Part shown: one piece after another, positions 1 through 9,909 of the stretch
Layout of the letters: the number at the start of each line of letters is the position of its first letter
How positions within the stretch are numbered: the first letter of the stretch is position 1
DNA from: Candidatus Altiarchaeota archaeon
GTDB lineage: Archaea; Altiarchaeota; Altiarchaeia; IMC4; SCGC-AAA252-I15
Assembly: GCA_043804895.1 (NCBI GenBank)
Contig: JAZDIN010000035.1
Location: 1 to 42,592 of the forward strand
Direction: 5' to 3'
Length of the DNA: 42,592 nucleotides
The notes under the pieces: generated by a model
The model's input: the letters and a program-made list of their open reading frames with translations, nothing else
Told to the model about the DNA's origin: nothing
Databases searched by the model: none
Made by a program: the position numbers and the translations under genes

Positions 1-546
1 GTCGGCGCATGCCAGCGCACAGTAGACTACTGTGTTGGAGGATATCCGACGCAGTGCCAGGAAGGCGCTCCAGTATCTGAGACCTGTGACGGAGTCGACA
101 ACGACTGCGACGGCACAGTTGACAACGGCGTATGCGGTGGCGGCCCAGGTGGCGGCGGTGGTTACCAAGTGAGTACTCGGGAATACAGGCCGACTGAGGA
201 GGAGAGGCCTGTTCCGTCTGAGGAGGAGCCTGAGGAGCAGCCTGAGGAGCAGCCTGAAGAGCAGTCGACTACTCCGACGCAGCCTACCACAACTCCGACG
301 CAGCCTACGACTCAGCCAACCTTAAGCCAAACTGAGGAGGTTAACCCAGTCGTCGAGTCTGGGGTTACCGTGCCTGAGGAGGAGCCGGGAATCATCGGTT
401 ACGCGGCCTTGCCGTTCGACTACATGTCGTTTAGGAACAGCGGATTCAGGAACCTGTTAATCCTGCTCATACTAATAGCAGGATATACGACTTGGGCTGA
501 GAACACAAGGCGCATGCGCGGCGCTGACAAGCACAAAGGCAAGTAA
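1..546 (+). CDS. 5'-truncated surface protein: MopE-like putative metal-binding repeat, Gly/Pro/Glu/Thr-rich stalk, C-terminal TM anchor
   Basis: Frame 1 is open from base 1 and reads VGACQRTVDYCVGGYPTQCQEGAPVSETCDGVDNDCDGTVDNGVC, which contains the ExCDGxDNDCDG motif. It continues in frame into the tracked ORF 169..546, with PEEQ/PTTTPTQ repeats, a hydrophobic LLILLILIAGY segment and a basic tail. Confidence 0.8.
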   Translation, partial: VGACQRTVDYCVGGYPTQCQEGAPVSETCDGVDNDCDGTVDNGVCGGGPGGGGGYQVSTREYRPTEEERPVPSEEEPEEQPEEQPEEQSTTPTQPTTTPTQPTTQPTLSQTEEVNPVVESGVTVPEEEPGIIGYAALPFDYMSFRNSGFRNLLILLILIAGYTTWAENTRRMRGADKHKGK

Positions 547-556
547 GCTGAACTGG

Positions 557-590
557 TGGGGGTTGAATCCCCCATTATTCTTCTTTTTTT
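557..590 (+). terminator. Hairpin plus oligo-T terminator-like signal
   Basis: TGGGGGTTGAATCCCCCA stem-loop followed by TTATTCTTCTTTTTTT just after the stop codon. Confidence 0.6.
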
Positions 591-623
591 ACTCCGGAAG
601 CTAATATCCTTTCTGGTTTTTCC

Positions 624-3600
624 ATGAAATGCTTAGCGTCGGCTTTGTTGCTGCTTATTCTTGCAGGGTTTGTTTCATCCGCGCCGCCGCTCATGTGGGA
701 GTACAAGACCGTCGGTACAGTCTCCACTGACTTGGTTGTGGACGACTACGGCGTGTACTTTGGAACGTCCTCTGGGAAGCTTTATTGGCTTAACAGGACC
801 ACTGGCGCTCTAGTGATGAACTACACCGCAACTTCCGGCATATACTCGACTCCGGTCGTCGCAGGGGATATGGCGTACTTCGGCTGCGACAACAGTATAA
901 TATACGGCCTCAACAAGAGCAGTGGGAAGACTTTGTGGACTTCCATGGTGAAGGGTAAGGTCCGATCCTCTCCCGTGGTTTATGGTGGTTCCATCTTTGT
1001 CGGAAGCGATGACAATCACCTTTACGCGCTCAAGGAGTCGAATGGGAGGATCCTATGGAGGTTCAACGTCGGTTCCCCGTTGGGGTCCGCGCCTGTAGCT
1101 GACAACTGGAAGGTGTACTTCGGGACCTTGGATACGAGGGCTTACTCCCTAAGCAACGTCAGCGGCGAGGTCATCTGGAACAGGACTCTCGGGGGCGCTT
1201 TGAAGTCTGCTCCTGTGATATACAAGGACGTAGTATATTTTGCTTCAGGGGACAAGAGGCTGTATGCTCTTGACAGGTATGACGGTGAAGTGCTTTGGAA
1301 TTACACACTCAACGGGTCCATCTCAGGTTCGCCTGTGGTCTCTGGTGATAATGTACTTCTCTCGGGTGGTGATAAAAGGGTGTACTCACTCAACGCATAC
1401 TTCGGAGACCTAGTGTGGAATGTCACGTTAAACGAGACCCCCCAGACGACCCCGCTAATAAATGATGGCTTAGCTTATGTGGGTGCTGGAAGTAGGGTCT
1501 ACGCCATCAACGAATCCACTGGTGAGCTGATATGGGTTTTGAACGCCTCATGGCCTGTGAAATACAAGCCCTCGTTTTCTGATAAGGTGTTGTATGTGCC
1601 TGCAGGCTCGTATGTGAAGGCTTACGGGGGCGTGGCTGATGTTACAGTCGCTAGTATCACGCCTAAACCGATGGTCGCGGTCGCTGGCAGACCGTTCACC
1701 CTTGAGGTTGAACTTATGAACCTGGGCAACACCATGGCGTTTGACGTTCCGGTTGAGGTGTACGTTGACAGGGTGAACGTATCCTCCCATAAAGTCACCA
1801 TCGGCCCCGGTTCTTCGGTCAAGCTTGAGGAGGGGATTTCAGTCTCATACGGCAGGCATGTAGCCGAGGTTGTCCTAGACAAGGACGACAGGCTTGTCGA
1901 ATCCAACAACTCCAACAACCGCATGGGGGTCGTATTCTCAGCTGTGATTGATTGGCCTACACTGCAGCAGAACAACAACCGGACTGGTTTGTTCGACTCT
2001 AAGGAAAAGTACGTTGGAAGGAATATCATGGCGAAGTGGACTTGCAACACGAACATCACAAACAGGACTCTGGCCGACGTCGGCTTCCTGTTGGGTGCGG
2101 TCAACTCCACCCGGGGCTTCCGTCTTGCTGACCTCAGGTTAAATTCCACATGCCAGATTTCACAGAGCCGAGGCTACTTCACTGGGAAGGTCTACTCCAA
2201 CTGGACGTGCAGGCCGTACAACACGACCGGATACTCTGACAGGAATTTCATCGCATTGGTTGACTACTTGAACTCGTTCAATGAGACGGTCTACAACATT
2301 TCCCTCAGGCACAGGGCCATTTACTACACCTACAACCTAACGGACTTCAGGGTGCTTTTCAACTGCACATCAACTGTGAATCCTGAGATTCCCACCCCCC
2401 AAGCCGCATTCTCCTGGGACTGCAGGGTCAGGAGGGACTTAAATGCGACACCCTACAACATAACCGGCGCATGGTCATGCGCTACCAACTACTACACCAA
2501 CAGCTCATTCGAGGACTTGGCAGAATTGAAAGGCTACCGTGAGGTCGGTAGGTTCAACAACTTCACAAGCAGGATAGGCCTTGAAGAATACCGCCAAAAA
2601 TGGAACTACACCACCAGCGGGAAGGTCGAGTCCTCCCCGATACTCGTGGATTTGGATTCGAGTGGCGACGGGCTTTTAGAGGTAGTATTCGGTTCATACG
2701 ATGGGAGCGTGTACGCGCTGAACCCTGACGGCAGCCTAATATGGCAGACGCATCTTACCGGTGGCGTCCACTCAATAGCTTCTGCGGATTTGGAAGGAGA
2801 CGGTCAATTCGAGATACTAGCCGGAAGCCTTGATGGCAAACTCACATGCCTTGATTCGAAGGGCAACGTCAGATGGTCATACTCCACGAGAGGTCAGGTC
2901 ACCTCAACCCCGATGGCATTGGATATTGACAATACGCCAGAGGAGGAGGTAATATTCGGGTCAGCTGATGGGAGGATAATCGCATTGGACGTTCGGGGGA
3001 CTCTTCTGTGGGACTACAGGACATCTGACAAAGTCTCCTCCACAGCCACTGCAGCTGATGTTGATGGGGACGGCATGAATGAGGTGATCATCGGCTCAGG
3101 CGACAACATCCTCTACGTTTTGCGTACGCCGCCGTACAAGGTTTGGATGTACCAGACGAACGGGGACGTAAATGCAGCCCCTACAATAACCTACTCTTAT
3201 AGCGGCAGGAGCCCTGAAATCATCGTCCCCTCGGCTGATGGGAAACTCCACGACCTATACTACGGGTCAGCTGGGGAGGAGGGGGCGGTTAGGGTGTGTG
3301 GTCCGGAAGGCTGCAGCAGGGAGGGGGTTGCGAAGACCCGCCTGAATGCGCGCTGGAATTTCACTGCCGATGCTGGTATAGAATCATCGCCTGCCGTCGC
3401 TGACTTGGACGGGGATGGAAGGGTCGAGTTCGCGTTCGGCTCACTAGACCACAACCTCTACATCCTGAACAAGACCGGCCATAGGCTTTTGAGGTACAGT
3501 ACTGACGGTCCAATCTACTCGTCGCCTGCGGTGGCGGACTTGAACGGCGACAGGTTGCTTGAGATTATCATAGGCTCCGATGATGGGAGGGTGTATGTCA

Positions 3601-4010
3601 TAAACGGCAGCGGAGAGGCGGAGTGGACTTACCGGACTGGCGGTTTCGTGCGCTCCTCACCTGCTGTTTCAGATGTGAACAACGATGGCATGGTGGAGTT
3701 CGCCATAGGTTCAGACGACGGCAGACTGTACATGTTCAGCCCCAAGGAGTCTACGACCACGACCACCATAACCACTTCGACCACCACGACAACTGAGATG
3801 TCCACAACGACAACATCATCCACCACAACGTCAACAGCGACCACTTCAACGTCCACGACGACGCAGCCTACCGCGCCAGGGAGGGTCTTCCCGTCTGACA
3901 GCAACGAGTTGGGTGTGTTCATCCTCCTCATATCCCTACTGGGGTACTATTTCCTCACAGTCATGCACCCGCCTGCGCACACCAGGGAGAGCAAGCTAAA
4001 AAATGCATAA
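624..4010 (+). CDS. Large surface protein: signal peptide, PQQ/BamB-like beta-propeller, CARDB, Cys/Asn-rich region, FG-GAP/VCBS-like propeller, Thr-rich stalk, TM anchor
   Basis: Repeated SSPVV...VYFGSxDxxLYAL...G...W units; ADVTV...ESNNSNN CARDB-like segment; DLDGDG-type Ca-binding motifs; poly-Thr region at 3750-3870; C-terminal hydrophobic helix. Confidence 0.85.
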   Translation: MKCLASALLLLILAGFVSSAPPLMWEYKTVGTVSTDLVVDDYGVYFGTSSGKLYWLNRTTGALVMNYTATSGIYSTPVVAGDMAYFGCDNSIIYGLNKSSGKTLWTSMVKGKVRSSPVVYGGSIFVGSDDNHLYALKESNGRILWRFNVGSPLGSAPVADNWKVYFGTLDTRAYSLSNVSGEVIWNRTLGGALKSAPVIYKDVVYFASGDKRLYALDRYDGEVLWNYTLNGSISGSPVVSGDNVLLSGGDKRVYSLNAYFGDLVWNVTLNETPQTTPLINDGLAYVGAGSRVYAINESTGELIWVLNASWPVKYKPSFSDKVLYVPAGSYVKAYGGVADVTVASITPKPMVAVAGRPFTLEVELMNLGNTMAFDVPVEVYVDRVNVSSHKVTIGPGSSVKLEEGISVSYGRHVAEVVLDKDDRLVESNNSNNRMGVVFSAVIDWPTLQQNNNRTGLFDSKEKYVGRNIMAKWTCNTNITNRTLADVGFLLGAVNSTRGFRLADLRLNSTCQISQSRGYFTGKVYSNWTCRPYNTTGYSDRNFIALVDYLNSFNETVYNISLRHRAIYYTYNLTDFRVLFNCTSTVNPEIPTPQAAFSWDCRVRRDLNATPYNITGAWSCATNYYTNSSFEDLAELKGYREVGRFNNFTSRIGLEEYRQKWNYTTSGKVESSPILVDLDSSGDGLLEVVFGSYDGSVYALNPDGSLIWQTHLTGGVHSIASADLEGDGQFEILAGSLDGKLTCLDSKGNVRWSYSTRGQVTSTPMALDIDNTPEEEVIFGSADGRIIALDVRGTLLWDYRTSDKVSSTATAADVDGDGMNEVIIGSGDNILYVLRTPPYKVWMYQTNGDVNAAPTITYSYSGRSPEIIVPSADGKLHDLYYGSAGEEGAVRVCGPEGCSREGVAKTRLNARWNFTADAGIESSPAVADLDGDGRVEFAFGSLDHNLYILNKTGHRLLRYSTDGPIYSSPAVADLNGDRLLEIIIGSDDGRVYVINGSGEAEWTYRTGGFVRSSPAVSDVNNDGMVEFAIGSDDGRLYMFSPKESTTTTTITTSTTTTTEMSTTTTSSTTTSTATTSTSTTTQPTAPGRVFPSDSNELGVFILLISLLGYYFLTVMHPPAHTRESKLKNA

Positions 4011-4040
4011 TTTTTTAAGGATGATTCAATATCCTATCCT

Positions 4041-4922
4041 ATGACTGTCGTGTTGGAGACTAACCTGGAGGCGAAGCTTTCAGGTCGCGGTAAGGTGAGG
4101 GACATATACGACCTCGGTGATAAGCTCCTCATCGTCGCAACGGACAGGATAAGCGCCTTCGACTGCGTGCTCCCGAATGGAATACCCTACAAGGGAGAAG
4201 TGCTCAACAGACTGTCTGCTTACTGGTTCGACCAGACGAGGGACATAGTCGGAAACCACATGATATCAATCGACTCCAAGAAATTCCCAGCGGAACTGAA
4301 GCAGCACTCGGGAATCCTGGAAGGTAGGAGCATGCTCGTTGCTAAGGCTAAGCCGCTGACTGTGGAGTGCGTCGTCAGAGGATACCTCTCAGGCTCAGGG
4401 TGGAAGGAATACAGGAAGACGCAGAGCGTGTGCGGAGTCAAACTCCCCCAAGGCCTCGTAGAATCAGACAAGCTGCCCGAGACTATCTTCACGCCGACAA
4501 CCAAGGCTGAAAGCGGCCATGACTTGGGCATGACATACGGGCAGGTTGAGGCTGCGCTCGGGGCTGAGACCGCAGCGAAGCTGAGGGACACCGCAGTGAG
4601 GATTTACGAGAAGGCTGCAGTCCATGTGGAGTCGAAGGGTATCATAATAGCTGACACGAAGTTCGAGTTCGGGTTGAAGGATGGGAAGCTCATCCTGATA
4701 GATGAGGCGTTAACTCCGGATTCCTCAAGATTCTGGCCTGCAGGCTCATACAAGCCTGGGGGGCCTCAGAAGAGCTACGACAAACAGTATGTGAGGGACT
4801 ATCTGGAGTCTATCGGGTGGGATAAGAGCCCCCCAGCGCCTAAACTGCCTGAGAACGTGGTTTTGGAGACTAGCAGGAAGTATGTCGAAGCATATGAGAT
4901 AATAACCGGCGGGAAGCTCTAA
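4041..4922 (+). CDS. purC: Phosphoribosylaminoimidazole-succinocarboxamide (SAICAR) synthase
   Basis: Motifs GKVRDIY, ATDRISAFD, ECVVRGYLSGS, ADTKFEFG, DEALTPDSSRFW and SYDKQYVRDYL. Confidence 0.97.
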   Translation: MTVVLETNLEAKLSGRGKVRDIYDLGDKLLIVATDRISAFDCVLPNGIPYKGEVLNRLSAYWFDQTRDIVGNHMISIDSKKFPAELKQHSGILEGRSMLVAKAKPLTVECVVRGYLSGSGWKEYRKTQSVCGVKLPQGLVESDKLPETIFTPTTKAESGHDLGMTYGQVEAALGAETAAKLRDTAVRIYEKAAVHVESKGIIIADTKFEFGLKDGKLILIDEALTPDSSRFWPAGSYKPGGPQKSYDKQYVRDYLESIGWDKSPPAPKLPENVVLETSRKYVEAYEIITGGKL

Positions 4923-4980
4923 GGCTTCCGAAAATATACTGCATAACTTTTATTCCTAAACTACCCATGTTAATCAAACA

Positions 4981-5066
4981 AATCTCCACAGGCCGAGGCC
5001 TGTGGTATTTATACGAAAGCCACATAACCCACATTCATCCACAACATGAATATTGCGGTATTCTGT
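4981..5066 (+). mobile_element. IS200/IS605-end-like two-hairpin miniature element, degenerate copy 1
   Basis: Perfect hairpin CCACAGGCC-GA-GGCCTGTGG (4986-5005) and CATTCATCCACAACATGAATATTGCGGTATTCTG (5032-5065). Both are similar to the reverse complement of 28173-28266. Confidence 0.55.
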
Positions 5067-5106
5067 GACTTTCGTTATAAATCCTACCGTGGTTGGGGGG
5101 AACTAG

Positions 5107-6621
5107 ATGAAGGCTGTAATATTAGCGGGCGGTTTCGGCACTAGAATGCGACCCCTCACTTTCTCCAGGCCTAAGCCGCTAATGCCCCTCCTCAACAGGC
5201 CTGTGACCGCCCACATACTAGACCACCTTAAGGGACATGGCGTCACAGAGGTTGCAATAACCACAAATTACCTTCGTGAGCAAATCCAAGCGCACTTCGG
5301 CAGCGAGTACCTTGGCATGAAGCTCACATACCCGTTCGAAGCACAACCCCTGGGGACAGCAGGCTCGGTGAAGAACATACAAGAATACTTCGACGACACG
5401 TTCATCGTCATGCAGGGCGACACCATAACCGACATGGACCTTACGTCGCTCCTTACGCAGCACAAGTACTACAGCGGCCTCGCCACCATCGCGGCTGTGA
5501 AGGTCGATGACCCGTGGAATTACGGCGTCATGGAGCTTGGCGACGATGGTAGGGTGAGGCAGTTCTTCGAGAAGCCGATGATAGACGAGTGCAAGACTAA
5601 CATGGCGAACACTGGGATATACGTGCTTGAGCCTGAGGCGTTGGACCATATCCCAGCCAACACGTTCTACGACTTCGCTAAGGACCTGTTCCCGAAGCTC
5701 CTTGAAAGGCAGAGCCTATTCGCTTCGCAGACGGACGGGTTCTGGGTGGACATCGGCAGGCCGGAAGGGTACAACAGGGCGAAGAAGTGGATGATGTCGA
5801 GGATAGAGTCTGAGATACCGGATTCATCAATCCTAGACGGGAGACTCGAGGGGAGGATACGCATAGGACAGAACGTGAAGATAGGAATCCACTCGCACCT
5901 AATAGGCCCGATAGTCGTCGGCGACAACGTCACAATAGACAAGGACTGCGTCATAGGCCCGTACACGGTTTTGGGTTCCGGCTCTGAGGTCAAATACCAG
6001 ACCGTCCTAAACGGCGCGGTCCTCTTCGAGAACATAAACATCGGGGCAGGAGGGGACGTGGGCAACGGGTTCATAGCCGAGAACTGTAAGATAAGCCTCG
6101 GCGCAAGGATCCAGTCTGACACTATCATAGGTGGCAATTGCACGCTCGAAGAGAACGTCTCGGTGATAAACGGCTCAAGGATATGGCCTAACATCGGCGT
6201 TTCAAACGATTCGATGGTGAGCGGGACAATCAAGAGATTCGTCCCAGCATTTGAGGTCCATTACGACCCGCAGTGGTCCCTTAGGAAGGTGACGCCTGAT
6301 GAGGCGTTCTACTTCAATAAGCTAGAAGGCAACCGCGTCATGTTCACAGGAGCTAGGGCGCTCAGCCTCACGGACTTCAACAGCATACTCAAGCACATAG
6401 ACGCGTCCTCTGTGAAATACCATATGAGGTCTGAAGTCAACGACTTCGAGCAGTGGTCCCAGTACGTGTTGTGCGACCTGAAACTTGCCGAAGCCTTCAG
6501 GGAGATAAAGCGCGAATACGCGAGAATGGACGCCCCAGTGATAAGGCACACAATGGTTGACGCAACGACCCGCCGCCTGAACGAACTAATAGATACAATC
6601 AAAAGAAAAGGATACGCCTAA
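5107..6621 (+). CDS. Sugar-1-phosphate nucleotidyltransferase (NDP-sugar synthase) with hexapeptide repeats and a C-terminal DUF5752-like domain
   Basis: MKAVILAGGFGTRMRPLT..RPKPL, PLGTAGSV, FEKP and WVDIG motifs; left-handed beta-helix repeats; tail AFYF...ALSLTDF...IDASSVKYHM...NDFEQW. Confidence 0.85.
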   Translation: MKAVILAGGFGTRMRPLTFSRPKPLMPLLNRPVTAHILDHLKGHGVTEVAITTNYLREQIQAHFGSEYLGMKLTYPFEAQPLGTAGSVKNIQEYFDDTFIVMQGDTITDMDLTSLLTQHKYYSGLATIAAVKVDDPWNYGVMELGDDGRVRQFFEKPMIDECKTNMANTGIYVLEPEALDHIPANTFYDFAKDLFPKLLERQSLFASQTDGFWVDIGRPEGYNRAKKWMMSRIESEIPDSSILDGRLEGRIRIGQNVKIGIHSHLIGPIVVGDNVTIDKDCVIGPYTVLGSGSEVKYQTVLNGAVLFENINIGAGGDVGNGFIAENCKISLGARIQSDTIIGGNCTLEENVSVINGSRIWPNIGVSNDSMVSGTIKRFVPAFEVHYDPQWSLRKVTPDEAFYFNKLEGNRVMFTGARALSLTDFNSILKHIDASSVKYHMRSEVNDFEQWSQYVLCDLKLAEAFREIKREYARMDAPVIRHTMVDATTRRLNELIDTIKRKGYA

Positions 6622-8042
6622 AGCCCCAGCCGACTCTTGAGTTCGCTAATCTTCACCCTCTCCTGGTTTTTACCATCCCTACTCCTGACCGTAACAGTGT
6701 CGTCCTTCATAGTGTCGTAGTCCACGGTCACACAGTATGGGACACCAACCTCATCAGCCCTCGCATACCTCTTGCCTATGCTGCCGGCATGGTCCAGGAA
6801 GACGTAAAACCCCGACTCCTTGAGGGTGTTGAAAACCTCCTCTGCCTTCTCACCAATCCCATCCTTCTTCACAAGCGAGAATACACCTGCCTTGTATGGC
6901 GCAACCCTTGTTGGGAAGCTGAAATACTCCCTATCGCCGTCCTGCCTGAAACAGCTCTCCAACATGCAGTAAATCGGCCTGTCTATGCCGTAGGCGACCT
7001 CTATGACATGGGGCACGAACTTCCTACCCTCTATGTTCACTGACATGTCCTCTCTGCTGTGTTTCATGTGCTGGCTGAGGTCATAGTCAGACCTGTCTGC
7101 GACGCCAACAAGCTCTATTGCGCCGAATACGTCGCTCTCGTACTCCACATCCCAGGTGTCGCTTGAATAGAACGCCCTCTCATCAACCCTATGCTGCCTC
7201 AACCTCAACCTCTTGCCGTCTATGCCCATCTCCTCAAACACCTGCAAAGCCTTGCCAAGATGGTATGCGATGAATCCGATACCGATGACCCCTTCCTTTA
7301 AGGCCTCTCCCAGGGTGGTTTCAAAGGCTTTCCCGTCCTTATCAGTTATCCTCACCCTCCTCATAGCCATATCCTCTAATCCTGGCCCCCCCTTATCATG
7401 GGGGTCGACGAAATACTGTATCTCAGCCTGGTTGAACTCCCTCAACCTGACCATGCTTTGCCTTGGGGAAATCTCATTCCTGAACGAGCGTCCAATCTGT
7501 ATAACGCCGAATGGTAGCTTCCGCCTTGCGAACTCCCACAGCCTCCGAAACGCCAGGTAAGTCGTCTGGGCTGTCTCAGGCCTCAGGTATGCGACCTTCC
7601 GTTTGCTGCCTGTGCCGACAGCTGTCTGAAACATGAGGTTGTAGCTGTAAGGCTTCGAGAGCGCGCCCTTACACTCCGGGCACACTACCTTGTTCCTGGC
7701 CAAGAGCTCGCCGACCTCATCAGCAGACTTCCCCTCAACATCCTCCAGCAGCTTATCAGCCCTGTAGCCTTCGCCGCATTTAGTGCACTCGACCAATAAA
7801 TCAGCGAAGCTTTTCACGTGTCCTGACGCAACCCAAACCTCCTCAGGGCTTAACACCGGGCACTGCACCTCAAGGCAGCCTTCAGAAATGACATAATGCC
7901 TCCTCAGAAGGTCCTCCACATTCTGCTTTATCCTTGAGCCGACTGGGCCGTAGTCTATGAATCCGCCTACGCCCCCATACAGCTCAAAGGACGGGTAGAC
8001 TATGCCCCTGCGTTTAGAAATGTCAAGAATGCTATCGTACAT
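6618..8042 (-). CDS. glyS: Glycine--tRNA ligase, alpha2 archaeal/eukaryal type
   Basis: YGGVGGFIDYGPVG, YLRPETAQ, SFRNEISPRQ, REFNQAEIQYF and PHVIE motifs, plus anticodon-binding GSIGKRYARADEVG. The ATG at 8042 is preferred as start. Confidence 0.96.
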   Translation of the reverse strand: MYDSILDISKRRGIVYPSFELYGGVGGFIDYGPVGSRIKQNVEDLLRRHYVISEGCLEVQCPVLSPEEVWVASGHVKSFADLLVECTKCGEGYRADKLLEDVEGKSADEVGELLARNKVVCPECKGALSKPYSYNLMFQTAVGTGSKRKVAYLRPETAQTTYLAFRRLWEFARRKLPFGVIQIGRSFRNEISPRQSMVRLREFNQAEIQYFVDPHDKGGPGLEDMAMRRVRITDKDGKAFETTLGEALKEGVIGIGFIAYHLGKALQVFEEMGIDGKRLRLRQHRVDERAFYSSDTWDVEYESDVFGAIELVGVADRSDYDLSQHMKHSREDMSVNIEGRKFVPHVIEVAYGIDRPIYCMLESCFRQDGDREYFSFPTRVAPYKAGVFSLVKKDGIGEKAEEVFNTLKESGFYVFLDHAGSIGKRYARADEVGVPYCVTVDYDTMKDDTVTVRSRDGKNQERVKISELKSRLGL

Positions 8043-8043
8043 G

Positions 8044-9909
8044 TCACTTCTCCTCAAGCTTGCCTCTCTCAGCCTCTATGAGCCTCCGAAGCTCGTCATC
8101 GACCTTGGACTTGGTGTCCTCCTCTACCCTAAGTGAAAGCTCCTCGTTTCTCCTTCTCATATCCTCCTCCCCCTGCTGGCTCCTAGTCTTCAGGTCCGTC
8201 TCCATGACTCTCTTACTCCTCAAGTACTGTAACGCCAAAAACACGGCCACAATCCCTATGACACCTATAAGTATCATAGTGTTCCTGCTCTGGCTTGATT
8301 GCTTGTCTAACTCTTCCCTGCTCGTGTCGATGACCTTCTTCGACTCGTCGACTCCTATGGTGTAGTTCACCTCCACATACAGCTTGTTCGCTGCTTCAGC
8401 GCTCGTTAGGGTGTTTCCGTAGTCTGACGCCTGCAGGTAATTCAACGCCTTGTTGAAGTTCTTGTTAGCGCTGTCAAGTTTGTCCATCCCATCCCTTATC
8501 GCCTGCACCAGCTCGCCTACCTTCTCGGTGTTGTCATTGTCGTGCATGTCAGAGTAAAGGCGTCCGGCTCTGCTTGCATCCACCAACGCCTCATCGAAGT
8601 TCGCGCTCATCGAAAACGCCTTCGCGCTGGCAACAAGGGACTCAGCCTCGCTGCGCTGCCTCATCACCATCTTTATCTGCTCTATGAGCGTGTCCGACTT
8701 CGAAACCCCGACGTAGTTCTTCAGCTGGAAGAAAATGTTTCTGGCACTGTTCGCATACGACAGGGCCTCATTCAGGTTCAATTGGAGGTAATACTCCTGG
8801 CTCGTCCTGTAATACGTCTCTGCTATGATTAGCATCCTCTCTGCGCTGCACGTGTCCTGTATCTTGGACATGAGCGCGTTGACTTCGCCAATGTACGTGT
8901 CGTACAGTTTCACGGTGTACTGCTGGCTCTTCGGAAGGTTACCCTCCCTCTGCAAAGCAAGGTCCCTCAGCTGCTGGTATATGCTCTTCGCCTTCGAAGC
9001 CCTGTCAGTGGCGTTGAAGCAATCCCCTATCAGGGAGAAGCGTTTCGCCTCCTCAGAATACGCTTGAGCCTGCTTTTTCATGCCCTGCTCCCACCTGTCT
9101 CCAGTCTCCTTACACCTGGATAGGAGCATTGTCGCGGCCGAATATCCCTCAGAGTCATCTATGCTCGTGTACAGTCCCTGCGACGCGCCCGCGTACTGTA
9201 TGCACAGTTTAGTGTCGCCTGCGGTGTAATACTGTATAGCCTTGTCATAGCTTGCCTTCGCGTTAGTCCTTATCTCATCTATCTTAGCGTTAATCGATGA
9301 CAAAAGCAGTGCGCTCTTGTCCACCCCCGTCTGGTAGGGGCAGGCTAGATACCTTGCGCTGGCATTGGAGGCGTAAATCTTCGCGGTCACATAATAGTCT
9401 GAGAAGAAGCTATTTTGAGCTTTAGCGTACAGGTCGTCTCCCTCACGTATGCAGGAGTTCACGTTATCGTTTATCTCCTGGCTAGCCTCGTTGATGAGGT
9501 CCTCGCATTTTAAAATCCCAGATGAGCCGACAGTACCTCCGATGCTAGCGTAAATCTTCTTAGCCTCCTGTGCCATCATGATGGCCCGGCTTAGGTCGAA
9601 TGTGTCCTTATTAGCGCGCGTGAAATACTCCCCTGCGATGCCGTAGTAGGTGTCCGCAAGCTGGGTCGGGGTCAACACCAACCCTATCTCCCCTATTAGT
9701 TTGTCGCATTTGTCGACGCCCCACCTCTGGCCGATCGCCCCGTAAGCTTCCTTGCTGAGGTAAGCGCTTGCGAGCGCGTTCTGGTACAGTCCAGAGCGGT
9801 AGCTTCTCTCAGCTGTCTGGTAAAGGCTATCAGCCTCAAGGCTCGAATACTCCGCTGATGCGAAGAACGCAATCAACAGCACGATGCATAACGCGCCAAC
9901 CCTACTCAT
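8044..9909 (-). CDS. Membrane-anchored extracellular helical (TPR/SNAP-like) repeat protein
   Basis: Signal peptide; repeated A..Y..A...Y....Y..A...A..A...Y...G...GV.KC..L units; TM helix MILIGVIGIVAVFLAL; charged coiled-coil tail. Confidence 0.75.
   Translation of the reverse strand: MSRVGALCIVLLIAFFASAEYSSLEADSLYQTAERSYRSGLYQNALASAYLSKEAYGAIGQRWGVDKCDKLIGEIGLVLTPTQLADTYYGIAGEYFTRANKDTFDLSRAIMMAQEAKKIYASIGGTVGSSGILKCEDLINEASQEINDNVNSCIREGDDLYAKAQNSFFSDYYVTAKIYASNASARYLACPYQTGVDKSALLLSSINAKIDEIRTNAKASYDKAIQYYTAGDTKLCIQYAGASQGLYTSIDDSEGYSAATMLLSRCKETGDRWEQGMKKQAQAYSEEAKRFSLIGDCFNATDRASKAKSIYQQLRDLALQREGNLPKSQQYTVKLYDTYIGEVNALMSKIQDTCSAERMLIIAETYYRTSQEYYLQLNLNEALSYANSARNIFFQLKNYVGVSKSDTLIEQIKMVMRQRSEAESLVASAKAFSMSANFDEALVDASRAGRLYSDMHDNDNTEKVGELVQAIRDGMDKLDSANKNFNKALNYLQASDYGNTLTSAEAANKLYVEVNYTIGVDESKKVIDTSREELDKQSSQSRNTMILIGVIGIVAVFLALQYLRSKRVMETDLKTRSQQGEEDMRRRNEELSLRVEEDTKSKVDDELRRLIEAERGKLEEK

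Noticed and set aside
215-325. Short tandem repeats (GAGGAGCAGCCT, ACTCCGACGCAGCCTAC)
   Set aside because: They are in-frame codon repeats of a PEEQ/PTQPT linker, not a CRISPR array; there are no unique spacers.
3750-3870. ACN-rich low-complexity tract
   Set aside because: It encodes a Thr/Ser stalk of a surface protein.
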